Of a DNA stretch of 64,000 bases, positions 17,920-26,947 are shown one piece after another (the first letter of the stretch is position 1; the number at the start of each line of letters is the position of its first letter). The DNA lies in NCBI GenBank assembly GCA_018654745.1, contig JABILA010000155.1, positions 17,453 through 81,452 of the forward strand. The letters run 5' to 3'. The notes under the pieces were generated by a model. The model did not search any database. It saw only the letters and a program-made list of their open reading frames with translations, and was not told the origin of the DNA. This DNA is from Alphaproteobacteria bacterium (lineage in GTDB: Bacteria; Pseudomonadota; Alphaproteobacteria; UBA2966). The position numbers and the translations under genes are program-made.

Positions 17920-20061
17920 TTATGGACGGCTTGTTTCAATGAACATGGCGTCCAGTTGCGCGGCGAAGGCCCCGGCTGTATTCACCGGCAGCTTGCAAAG
18001 ACGTTGCCGACACAAGTAAGCGGTTACACGCCCGTCAATTTTTGGACGAGGTTCAAACAGCCCCCATGTCGCTGCGCTGTGCGGGTCATAATCGGCTACC
18101 CCGGTCTTGATTTCGTCGACAAACGCAATCACTGCACCTGGCAACAGGTGTTGGCGTACCAGGGACAGCATGGCCCGGGATTCCGGATCGTCGATATTTC
18201 CGACAATTACAATTTCAAAAGAATTTTGTGGAGAAAACCGCAAGGCTTTTAACAAACCTGTCGCCTGCGAACCGGAGTCTGCCAGAAAGGACTGGAGTGT
18301 CCGGGCCATGGCCATCGCGTTCTGCTGAAATCCGCCGTCGGGATCATAAAGTGCCAGTCGAAACAGGGCCGAGATCGCAGCAGCGTTTCCGGTTGGAACC
18401 GCAACTTCGACAAGGCTGTGTTGGGCAGGCAATCCATCTTCGTCTGCTATCGGCACGAGCTGGAGAGGCTGCCCTTTCGCGGACTGGAACATATGCACCA
18501 TTTGATCAGCAAAGGCACGGGCCTGTTCCAGCCAGATTATTTGAAAATCTGTCTCATACAGGTCGAGATAACTCTCCACTAAAAAGGCGTAATCATCCAG
18601 AAAAACCTTTGGCATCACCTTATTGCCCAGACGGCTGTGGGTCATTGCTCGATCCGGTGCCAGAGACTGAAGTACAGACCGTGCCATTTCATGATCACTG
18701 GCCACGCCAAAGGTCTGCGCAGCCCTTGCAAAGGCGCTGATCACCATTGCATTCCATGAGGTCAGAACTTTTTCACCCCGCGCAGGAGAGGGGCGTTTGT
18801 TACGTGAGGCCGACAAAATTTGCAAACTGGTTGTATGGCGGTCATGTGCGGCAACAAAATCTTCGGCACCTTTTTGTAATCGCAATACACTGCGCTTGTT
18901 GACCAGTCCATATTTGCTATCAACAAAGCTGGCGAGAAAATTCTGCTCGTCCGTGTCAGGTAACAGCGCCCTTATCTCGTCTTCCAGCCAGGTGTACCAG
19001 GGTCCTTCATGTCCGTCGGATTCCGAGTCCAGGCTGGCGGCAAAGGCCCCATCTGGAAGTAAAAACCGGGCAACCAGATCATCCAGAATACCGCGCACGA
19101 CCCTGGCATAAATTCCTTTGCGTCCCGGATCGGATGTCGCCTTCCATGCATCTGTATAAAGGATGGCAAGCAGGGCATTTTCGTGCAGCATGATTTCGAA
19201 ATGAGGGACTTGCCAATAGCGGTCAACGGCATAGCGATGGAATGCGCCGCCTATTTGATCCCGAATTCCGCCGGCAGCCATGGCATCCAGCGTAAAAAAT
19301 ATCTTGCTCAATAATCCTTTATCATCCCGTGCAACGCCTTCATGTAAAAGGAATGACAATACATTGACCATGGGGAATTTTGGCTGAGAGCCAAAGCCGC
19401 CATATTTTAGGTCAAAGGCCCGTTCCCATTCGGCCAGCACCTTATCCACAGGATCAGGGGTAACTGTTGTCGCTGTGCTAAAGCGATTACTCTTGAGCCG
19501 TAAATGTTCCTGGTAGAATTCCAGTGCATTAGCGGTCATTTCCTTTCGACTGACTTTCCAGTCGCGGACAAACATTTGCAGGATATCAATTAATCCTGGC
19601 GCACCGAATTCCCGTCTGGGAGAGAGGTAACCGGCAGCGTAGATTGGCTCAATATCCGGTGTCAGCAGAAAATTAGCGGGCGTTCCCCTCTGACCCGCCA
19701 TCACCTCCATGATATCCAGAAAATGTCCGGCAATATCCGGACGCTCCTCTTGATCGACAAGTACAGAAATGAAGTTTTCATTGAGCAGGTGGATCACACG
19801 CTCATCGACAAAGGTCTTGCGGGCCATCACATGACACCAGTGGCATGCAGAATATCCAATGGATAAAAAGACGGGTTTGTTCTCATCTCTCGCCCGTTGC
19901 AGAACGGCATCGGACCAGGGATTCCAGTGAATGGCGTCATCCTTGTGGGACAGGAGATAGGGGCTGGCTGCTCCTTCCAGCTTATTCGCCTGCGCCGTCT
20001 GCGGTCCGGTCAGGAACAACAACAGGCCGATCAGGCCAATATGTAACAACCTTTTACTCAA
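17920..20061 (-). CDS. Secreted thioredoxin-domain protein, DUF255/YyaL family (thioredoxin + six-hairpin glycosidase-like domains)
   Basis: Signal peptide MSKRLLHIGLIGLLLFLTGPQTAQA. 'SIGYSACHWCHVMARKTF' thioredoxin-like CxxC motif at the N-terminus of a 713-aa protein, as in COG1331 proteins. Confidence 0.85.
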   Translation of the reverse strand: MSKRLLHIGLIGLLLFLTGPQTAQANKLEGAASPYLLSHKDDAIHWNPWSDAVLQRARDENKPVFLSIGYSACHWCHVMARKTFVDERVIHLLNENFISVLVDQEERPDIAGHFLDIMEVMAGQRGTPANFLLTPDIEPIYAAGYLSPRREFGAPGLIDILQMFVRDWKVSRKEMTANALEFYQEHLRLKSNRFSTATTVTPDPVDKVLAEWERAFDLKYGGFGSQPKFPMVNVLSFLLHEGVARDDKGLLSKIFFTLDAMAAGGIRDQIGGAFHRYAVDRYWQVPHFEIMLHENALLAILYTDAWKATSDPGRKGIYARVVRGILDDLVARFLLPDGAFAASLDSESDGHEGPWYTWLEDEIRALLPDTDEQNFLASFVDSKYGLVNKRSVLRLQKGAEDFVAAHDRHTTSLQILSASRNKRPSPARGEKVLTSWNAMVISAFARAAQTFGVASDHEMARSVLQSLAPDRAMTHSRLGNKVMPKVFLDDYAFLVESYLDLYETDFQIIWLEQARAFADQMVHMFQSAKGQPLQLVPIADEDGLPAQHSLVEVAVPTGNAAAISALFRLALYDPDGGFQQNAMAMARTLQSFLADSGSQATGLLKALRFSPQNSFEIVIVGNIDDPESRAMLSLVRQHLLPGAVIAFVDEIKTGVADYDPHSAATWGLFEPRPKIDGRVTAYLCRQRLCKLPVNTAGAFAAQLDAMFIETSRP

Positions 20062-20554
20062 AATTCTTCCGCCTGATTAGTCACCGCCAACCCCACGTGG
20101 ATAAAGCATCATATCCCAAAGTCCCCGGCTTTCGCGCAGCAAGTGATTCAGGTTGTGAGCAATATGACAGGAAAAGACCAGCGGCAAAACAACAAAGGAA
20201 AATTGCTAGAAGTTTTCGACAAAACCGGCTTCCTGTTTGATTTCAATTACTCCTCTATGGTTACGAAGAGCCGGAAATACTCTGTTATCAAATCAACCCG
20301 GTTCGTCCCAAAAGCGCTGACGTCAGACACCCTGAACACAGTGCGTTTATGGAGGAGGTGATCCGTGTTTCGGGCCTTTCAGGTCGCCAAGGATGCCCGG
20401 TATTTTTGCAGGTGGAGCTGGTAATAATCGTTTTCTTGCTGTTGGAAGAAAGACAGGTGTCTGATATGAATGACGTGCATTTCGATGACAGCGTTCATAC
20501 AAAAAATACACAGTTTCATATCTAATCCTTTGATATCAAAATAGACATTCAACG

Positions 20555-20672
20555 TTTAAAATCCCGTTTTTGCAGGGAAGTGTCAGTTCGGTTCGGACCG
20601 GTGGCACCAGTATTTTGATATTATTTTTCCATTGTCAGCGATCCCGCTGATGGGACTTCGGAGGGAAAATGA
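20555..20672 (+). repeat. Degenerate direct repeat of the 3' half of tRNA-Leu plus ~65 bp of its downstream flank (attR-like remnant)
   Basis: About 80% identity to 17764-17884, running from the anticodon-loop/variable arm (AAAATCCCGTT..TGCAGGGAAGTGTC.GTTCGGTTCGGACCGGTGGCACCAGT...) through '...GGGAAAATGACC'. The T-stem and acceptor strand carry mismatches, so this is not a functional tRNA. Confidence 0.6.
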
Positions 20673-22036
20673 CCGGTTCTGAACTTCCCCCGAACACCGG
20701 TTCGTCAAAGACACCTGACATTATCAAGCGCCTGCCTTTTTATTATGGCTGGGTTGTGATTGCGGTGGCTTTTGTCACCATGGCCATCGGGGTTAATGCC
20801 CGCACATCATTTTCCCTGTTGTTTCCAGCCATTGTCGACGAATTTGGCTGGGATCGGGGAACCACCGCAGCCATATTTTCTATCGGGTTTATGGTCTCAA
20901 CTGGTATGACGCCCTTGCTTGGTCAGTTGATGGACCGTTATGGCCCCCGGTTGACAATTCCTTTGGGTGCCGTCTTCGTCAGCGCTGGTATGTATACCGC
21001 GACCCTGTCATCGGAAATCTGGCACTTCTATCTCAGTTTGGGCGTTATGGTCGTCGGCACGTCGATCTTTATAAGTTACATCGGCCATACCATGTTTTTA
21101 CCCAATTGGTTTGAACGAAAACGGGGTCTTGCTGTCGGAATAGCGTTTGCCGGTGTGGGCGCCGGGTCCATGGCCCTGTTCCCCTGGATGCAAGCAACAA
21201 TTGACAGCGAAGGCTGGCGCACGGCCTGTATCGTGATTGCCGCCGTTTCTCTTTTTGTCCTTGTGCCGCTTGGCTTTATTTTCCAGCGCCGACATCCTTC
21301 AGATTTAGGTCTACTCCCTGATGGTGATGTGCCAGGAATGGGGCGCGAAAACTCGTCGAGCGCAGATCATAAATCAAGAGCAATCGTGGATCATAAATGG
21401 GTGGAGACGGACTGGACCCTGGGGCTGGCTATGCGAACCCGTCAGTTCTGGTTTCTGACAATCGCCTTTGTCGGCGGATTGTATATCTGGTACGCCGTAC
21501 AGGTCCACCAAACCCGATATTTGATCGATATCGGCATTTCGAAGGAAATCGCTGCATTGGCACTGGGCCTGGTTAGTCTGGGTGGTGTTGTTGGCCAGGT
21601 TTGGATTGGCCAGTTTTCTGATCGCATGGGTCGGGAATGGGCGTGGACATTGGCTTGTGTCGGGTTTTTGCTGACTTATCTGGCACTTTATGCTTTGCGG
21701 ATTTGGCCTGAACCCTGGCTCATGTATGCCATGGTCGTTGTGCAGGGCGCACTGGGCTATGGTCTTGCTTCTGTATTTGGCTCTGTTCCTGCTGATCTGT
21801 TTGCCGGGCCTCGTTATGCCAGTATATTTGGTGTTATCGCTGCCGCTGCCGGTGCGGGTGCTGCAATTGGTCCCTGGCTGACTGGATTTATGTTTGATCA
21901 CTGGCAAAATTATGACGGGGCTTTTGCTGTGGCAATTGTTGTGTCGCTGGTATCGATTGCGGCGATGTGGCTGGCTGCGCCGCGAAAAATACGCCTCGTT
22001 GCGGGACAGGTTCCGCGACAAAACGTTTCAGATTAA
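20669..22036 (+). CDS. MFS transporter
   Basis: 455 aa, 12 TM helices, MFS fold pattern. The start codon lies inside the duplicated tRNA-flank segment. Confidence 0.8.
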   Translation: MTGSELPPNTGSSKTPDIIKRLPFYYGWVVIAVAFVTMAIGVNARTSFSLLFPAIVDEFGWDRGTTAAIFSIGFMVSTGMTPLLGQLMDRYGPRLTIPLGAVFVSAGMYTATLSSEIWHFYLSLGVMVVGTSIFISYIGHTMFLPNWFERKRGLAVGIAFAGVGAGSMALFPWMQATIDSEGWRTACIVIAAVSLFVLVPLGFIFQRRHPSDLGLLPDGDVPGMGRENSSSADHKSRAIVDHKWVETDWTLGLAMRTRQFWFLTIAFVGGLYIWYAVQVHQTRYLIDIGISKEIAALALGLVSLGGVVGQVWIGQFSDRMGREWAWTLACVGFLLTYLALYALRIWPEPWLMYAMVVVQGALGYGLASVFGSVPADLFAGPRYASIFGVIAAAAGAGAAIGPWLTGFMFDHWQNYDGAFAVAIVVSLVSIAAMWLAAPRKIRLVAGQVPRQNVSD

Positions 22037-22133
22037 AAAACACCTCAACTGACGTGCTTTCTGCCGAGGAAATATCGTAAGCTGAATATCCCTAAGAAGT
22101 TTCCCAGGGGGGATTTATCTGAATGAGGATGAT

Positions 22134-23102
22134 GTGACGGCACTGGAACCCGTTCCGGATTATGATCGCGATGCGATCCATGTGCTGCCGCTCAGCATCA
22201 TTCCGCTGGAATCTGTCGGTATTGGCCGCCTCAGGATGGTCAAGAATGACGAGCTGGAAAGTGTCATCGAGGTTTTTGGCGGTGACAATGGCAGCGGCCA
22301 GATAAAACTGTCTGATCTTTCGATGACCTTCACCAGCATGTCCTACAAGGATGCCCGTGTTTTGCAGAAGCTGGGTGAGCTCACCAGCTATGATGTCTAC
22401 AGCTTGCGGGTTCATTTGCGTTCTCTGGGGATAGATGTCGATGAAGACCAGCATTTGAAACTGTCGGACGACAAGCAGGTCGAATTACGCGACTACATGT
22501 CCAAATTTACCAAGCGCCTGATCATGGAAGTCTTTGGCGATGATGATCAGGTGGGGGACTTCAAGGATGTGCTGGCGCTGTATCGCAATCCCGACAAAAC
22601 ACAGGCGACGCTCAAGCTGAATAAACTGGCAAAAAGCCTTGGCATCGATGTCCAGGAAGTACCTGCCTTTTTGGAAGACTATGGCGATATCTATCTGTCC
22701 ATTGCCTATTACCGGGGATATCTGGAAGCAGTGCAGGAAGGTATCATCGATTTTGGTCTGTCGGTTGAGGAAATTCTCGCACATCCCCATCTCGGCAAGG
22801 ACCAGAGTCTGGTCAATACGTGTAAAGTATCCCTTGGCAAAATCAGGAAACTGAACAAGACAGCAAGTCGACGCTTCGAAGTCTTTGAGGAATATACAGA
22901 CAATATGTGGGAGCATATGGATACCGAGCGCTTCCAGGACTTCAAGTCTATCGTGATCAGTAATCACACAGCGCTGGGCGGGATTTTGTGTATTCTTTCC
23001 GTCAAGCTGAATGCCTGGATGCACAAATTTCCCATGCAGACTTCCGGTGGTTTGTTCAATCGGGCAGAATTTATCCGGGTCAAAATGCAGCGCGGGCTGT
23101 GA
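22134..23102 (+). CDS. Hypothetical protein, no recognisable domain (acidic, soluble, 322 aa)
   Basis: Long ORF with genome-typical codon usage and a GTG start. I recognise no motifs. Confidence 0.5.
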   Translation: MTALEPVPDYDRDAIHVLPLSIIPLESVGIGRLRMVKNDELESVIEVFGGDNGSGQIKLSDLSMTFTSMSYKDARVLQKLGELTSYDVYSLRVHLRSLGIDVDEDQHLKLSDDKQVELRDYMSKFTKRLIMEVFGDDDQVGDFKDVLALYRNPDKTQATLKLNKLAKSLGIDVQEVPAFLEDYGDIYLSIAYYRGYLEAVQEGIIDFGLSVEEILAHPHLGKDQSLVNTCKVSLGKIRKLNKTASRRFEVFEEYTDNMWEHMDTERFQDFKSIVISNHTALGGILCILSVKLNAWMHKFPMQTSGGLFNRAEFIRVKMQRGL

Positions 23103-23130
23103 ACACAACAACTTTCGGAAATTGCGAATT

Positions 23131-23502
23131 ATGATCACGGTTTATGGCATCAAAAACTGCGACACCTGTCGCAAGGCGCTTAAATGGCTGGAGGCGGAAG
23201 GGTATGAGCATCGCTTTCACGACTTTCGTGATGACGGGCTGGATGAACAACTGGTATCCGGGTTTTTGAACAAGCTGGGCCTGGATGCTGTGCTAAACCG
23301 CAGATCCACAAGCTGGCGGGGACTGGATGAGGTTGCCAAAGTAGTGTTTGCCAAAGCGGAATCTGAAAGTGACGACCACGCCGCTGTCGTTGCATTACTT
23401 ATCGGCAATCCAACCCTGATAAAGCGACCCGTTTTCGACACCGGGAAACAGATGCTGAATGGTTTTGGGGCTGGTCAAATGGCGGTCCTGTCGGGCGATT
23501 AG
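23131..23502 (+). CDS. ArsC/Spx/YffB family protein (thioredoxin-fold, arsenate-reductase-like)
   Basis: 'MITVYGIKNCDTCRKALKWLEAEG' is the N-terminal CxxC/CxxS motif of the ArsC-Spx-YffB family. ATG at 23131. Confidence 0.75.
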   Translation: MITVYGIKNCDTCRKALKWLEAEGYEHRFHDFRDDGLDEQLVSGFLNKLGLDAVLNRRSTSWRGLDEVAKVVFAKAESESDDHAAVVALLIGNPTLIKRPVFDTGKQMLNGFGAGQMAVLSGD

Positions 23503-23565
23503 TCTTTCTGCGACTTCTGCTGTGATGCTATGGACCGAATTCCTGAATGTGATAGAATTACGCCC

Positions 23566-23895
23566 ATGGAAATACTGACTGCTCAATTTCAGATTGGCGA
23601 TATTGTTCGCCACCGCATATACCCGTTCCGCGGTGTGATCTTTGATGTCGATCCCGAATTCGCAAATACCGACGAATGGTGGGACTCGATCCCCGAAGAA
23701 TCACGTCCACGCAAAGACCAGCCCTACTATCATTTGCTGGCTGAAAATGCCGAGACAACATATGTGGCGTATGTTTCTGAACAAAATCTTTTGCCTGATG
23801 ATTCCGGCAAGCCAGTAGTCCATCCCCAGGTCAATGAATTTTTCAGCGGCTTGTCAGAAGGTCGATATCAGCAGTTGCCAGGTCAGGCTAACTAG
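23566..23895 (+). CDS. hspQ: Heat shock protein HspQ (YccV-like hemimethylated-DNA-binding domain)
   Basis: 'FQIGDIVRHRIYPFRGVIFDVDPEF...PYYHLL' aligns with E. coli HspQ '[25 protein letters not shown]...PWYHVV'. A start at 23566 matches the homolog's N-terminus. Confidence 0.75.
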   Translation: MEILTAQFQIGDIVRHRIYPFRGVIFDVDPEFANTDEWWDSIPEESRPRKDQPYYHLLAENAETTYVAYVSEQNLLPDDSGKPVVHPQVNEFFSGLSEGRYQQLPGQAN

Positions 23896-23931
23896 CGCGA
23901 CACCTGGTATTATCTGACTTCCCCTGACTTT

Positions 23932-24255
23932 TCAGACACCACCCGGACCACTCATGGCCGTATAGATATCGCGGTCTATTTCTGACCAGCAAGCACCAAA
24001 GCCCCGGTCATCTGTCAGGCGCACAACTGCGGCTGTGAATGTTCCGCCATTTGATCCCCGATACGCACTGATTTGACCTTCGATGGTCTCACCGACCTTG
24101 ATGTCACGTTTGAATTTGGCAATCCGGAATCCGCCCATTCCCCAGTCAAAAGTTTCATAGGCTTTGCGTTCGATCGTCAGGGTCAGACCAGGATGCTCGA
24201 TTCGGGATTTGCGGCGGCGGTTAAGACCAACCATTTTTTTCAAAAAATCAAGCAA
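23932..24255 (-). CDS. PilZ-domain protein (putative c-di-GMP receptor)
   Basis: 'RRRKSR' (RxxxR) followed ~20 aa later by 'DWGMGG' (D-x-S/G-x-x-G), which is the bipartite PilZ c-di-GMP-binding motif pattern; 107 aa. Confidence 0.5.
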   Translation of the reverse strand: MLDFLKKMVGLNRRRKSRIEHPGLTLTIERKAYETFDWGMGGFRIAKFKRDIKVGETIEGQISAYRGSNGGTFTAAVVRLTDDRGFGACWSEIDRDIYTAMSGPGGV

Positions 24256-24299
24256 TCAGAACTCCTTGCTGGGCCAGAGTGGTTCCCGTCATAAAGGGA

Positions 24300-24641
24300 T
24301 CAGGGTTTGGAACTCGCGCAATCAATGCACGTCGGGATAGCCGGGTCCAGATCGAGACGCTTCGGGGAAATCTCTTCTCCGCAGCTCAGGCAATAACCGT
24401 ATTCATCTTCGTTCAATCTGATCAATGCCGAGTCTATCTTGGTGAGTTCGTTTTTGCGTCTCTGTTCGGTTTCCAGTGCCATGGCCTGACCTTGCATGGC
24501 ATCCATGCGCGATAATCGGCCAACACTGGTCTGGTCCAGTTCAACTGGTTTGCGGGCATCGGCACTGCTGGCTGCCAGGGCCTGCAATTCCTGCTTCCGG
24601 GCCATCAATCGCTCCCGCATATGCGTATTCTTGTTAGTCAT
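24300..24641 (-). CDS. DksA/TraR family C4-type zinc-finger protein
   Basis: C-terminal 'CLSCGEEI....CIDC' four-Cys zinc finger preceded by a coiled-coil region. Confidence 0.75.
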   Translation of the reverse strand: MTNKNTHMRERLMARKQELQALAASSADARKPVELDQTSVGRLSRMDAMQGQAMALETEQRRKNELTKIDSALIRLNEDEYGYCLSCGEEISPKRLDLDPAIPTCIDCASSKP

Positions 24642-24792
24642 AACGTCCGGTCTGTTCGAGTTTGTGTCGAGCTTAGGATGTTCGTGGCTTACTCGTCACC
24701 TCAAAAGGCCGGCAGGGCCAAAATAAAAGCGATTTATGCTTATTCCGAATTGCTTCACTGCAGGCAAGCAATTTTTCAGAAACAGCGCCGCC

Positions 24793-25017
24793 TCAGGAAG
24801 CCTTGCGTGCGGCAACGACAAGATCGGAAAATTCGAAATAGTGGCTTCTGATCCAGGATTGTGCTTCGGTGCTCAACCATTCCGGCACTTCAGGAAGTTC
24901 ATCCTGCCCGGATTGCGGTAGCTTGTCGGCATAGTATGAAGCGACCTGTCGAACCTGGTGTTCTATTTCCTGCGGGATCATGCGTAAATAAATCTCCAGT
25001 ATATATTGTGGGTTCAA
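24793..25017 (-). CDS. Small hypothetical protein (74 aa)
   Basis: The ORF alone supports this call; it abuts the AT-rich region and has no motif. Confidence 0.3.
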   Translation of the reverse strand: MNPQYILEIYLRMIPQEIEHQVRQVASYYADKLPQSGQDELPEVPEWLSTEAQSWIRSHYFEFSDLVVAARKAS

Positions 25018-25287
25018 GGTGTTGATTTGCTATATATGGAGATTAAATTCGGATATACAACAATAAATTCGAAATCTTGAAGTATTAATTAAGTAACAAT
25101 TTTCTAAATATTAGGAAAAATTTTCTTAAATGTTTGTTTGTATTTTTGTGGAATTTTTGACAATCGAAATACGCTGCGCCGTAGGGTGTTGCAGATTTCC
25201 TCAGGTGCTACAATATGATTGTCTGGTGGGCAGATATGCTGATCGACGCCGGTAAAAGAGTGTGTATAGGGGACAAAGGGTCAAGAG

Positions 25288-26928
25288 ATGACAGATGTGC
25301 AACAAGGCACCCTGGATTCTGATGATGCCACGGGTCAGGGGGATGACAGTGGCGATAATGAAGCGCGCCTGAGGCGGTTAATTGACCTTGGCATCGCGCT
25401 GTCAGCAGAACGTGATCATAATCGACTGATTGAACGGATCTTGCTGGAAGCCAAAGATTTGTATGATGCCGATGGCGGCACACTTTATCTGTTGAAGAAC
25501 GGCGCGCTGAATTTTGAGATCATGCGCAACGACACCATGAATATCGCCATGGGCGGTGCTACAGGTGTCGATATTCCGTTCCCGCCTTTGGCCCTGCATG
25601 ACGAAGATGGCAATCCCAATCACAAGAATGTCGCCTCACACGTCGCCTTGTCCCGGGAAGTTGTGAATATTGCGGACGCCTACGAAGTCGACCGGTTCGA
25701 CTTTTCCGGCGCGAAAAAATTTGACGAATCGACAGGTTTTCGCTCGCAGTCCTTTTTGACCGTACCACTGACCAATTATGAAGGTGATGTGCTGGGCGTC
25801 TTGCAGCTGATCAACGCCCGCGAAGGCGGCAAGGTTGTGCCCTTTGGTCGTGGCAGACAGGCGCTGATTGAAGCCCTCGCCAGTCAGGCCGCAGTGGCGT
25901 CAGACAATCAAATGCTCATCGAGGCGCAACGTGAATTGCTGGAAAGCTTTATCAAATTGATCGCCAGCGCCATTGATGCCAAGTCGCCTTATACCGGCGG
26001 CCATTGTCAGCGCGTGCCTGTGATTACAGAAATGTTGGCAGAGGCAGCCTGTGTCGCTGAGGACGGTCCATATAAGGAATTCAACCTCAACGAAGATGAA
26101 CTATATGAGCTTTCAATCGCGGCGTGGCTGCACGATTGCGGCAAGGTGACAACGCCGGAATATGTTGTCGACAAATCGACCAAGCTTGAGACGATCTATG
26201 ATCGGGTGGAAACGGTACGGACCCGGTTTGAAGTCGCCAAACGTGACGCCGAAATTGACTACCTGAAGGCCTTGCAGGCGGCGGATGCTGATCCGGTTGA
26301 ATTGAAGGCGGTGTTTGATGCCAGGGTTGTCAAACTGGACGAAGACTGGGCATTTCTGGAAGTCGCCAATATTGGTGGTGAGTTCATGTCCGATGAGCAC
26401 CAGGCCAGAATTCACGAAATTGCCGCCATGACCTGGCAGAACAATGGCAAGACCGAAAACTTTCTCAGCGAAAATGAAGTCTATAATCTTTGTATTGCCC
26501 GCGGCACCCTGACGGCAGAAGAGCGCGAAGTGATTAATAATCACATCGTCATGACTGTCGAAATGCTGGAGCAACTTCCTTTCCCCAAGCATCTGAAAAA
26601 AGTGCCGGAATATGCCGGGGGACACCATGAAAAGATGGACGGGACCGGATATCCAAAGGGATTGACCGCAGACGAAATGTCTGTCCCGGCCCGGATGATG
26701 GCAATCGCTGATATTTTTGAGGCACTGACGGCATCGGACCGGCCCTACAAAAAAGCCAAGACAGTGTCGGAGTCGCTGAAAATTATGGGATTCATGGTCA
26801 AGGACGCACATATCGACCCTGACCTGTTCCGCCTGTTTTTGCAGGCTGACATTCCCCGCACTTACGCCGAAGCAAACCTGTTACCCGACCAGATTGATAA
26901 CTGGGACCCGGCCGATTATCTGAACTAA
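25288..26928 (+). CDS. GAF-domain / HD-GYP-domain protein (putative c-di-GMP phosphodiesterase)
   Basis: N-terminal GAF-like region, then 'HDCGKVTTPEYVVDKSTKL' (HD) and 'GGHHEKMDGTGYPKGL' (GYP), which is the HD-GYP signature. Confidence 0.85.
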   Translation: MTDVQQGTLDSDDATGQGDDSGDNEARLRRLIDLGIALSAERDHNRLIERILLEAKDLYDADGGTLYLLKNGALNFEIMRNDTMNIAMGGATGVDIPFPPLALHDEDGNPNHKNVASHVALSREVVNIADAYEVDRFDFSGAKKFDESTGFRSQSFLTVPLTNYEGDVLGVLQLINAREGGKVVPFGRGRQALIEALASQAAVASDNQMLIEAQRELLESFIKLIASAIDAKSPYTGGHCQRVPVITEMLAEAACVAEDGPYKEFNLNEDELYELSIAAWLHDCGKVTTPEYVVDKSTKLETIYDRVETVRTRFEVAKRDAEIDYLKALQAADADPVELKAVFDARVVKLDEDWAFLEVANIGGEFMSDEHQARIHEIAAMTWQNNGKTENFLSENEVYNLCIARGTLTAEEREVINNHIVMTVEMLEQLPFPKHLKKVPEYAGGHHEKMDGTGYPKGLTADEMSVPARMMAIADIFEALTASDRPYKKAKTVSESLKIMGFMVKDAHIDPDLFRLFLQADIPRTYAEANLLPDQIDNWDPADYLN

Positions 26929-26947
26929 ATTGTCCGGCTGATCGGCA

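Noticed and set aside
17880-17942. 20-codon ORF (MKRPGLAPTIRHSVMDGLFQ) starting where the MFS start codon would be in repeat copy 1
   Set aside because: It is a remnant of the duplicated start region, truncated by the insertion, and has no independent support.
17717-18019. 100-aa ORF on + strand
   Set aside because: It fully contains the tRNA-Leu gene and the tRNA-flank repeat. Its translation is low-complexity, so it is an artefact of reading through a structural RNA.
20143-20424. 72-aa ORF and a 19-codon mini-ORF (GTG 20365, preceded by GGAGGAGGTGA) in the non-coding part of the tRNA-flanked insert
   Set aside because: There is no motif. The region is compositionally atypical and may be decayed foreign DNA. 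The strong SD-like sequence is noted, but a 19-aa peptide cannot be supported from sequence alone.
21374-22021. 215-aa minus-strand ORF
   Set aside because: It lies entirely inside the 12-TM MFS transporter gene on the opposite strand. Its product is Pro/Ser/Arg-rich low complexity.
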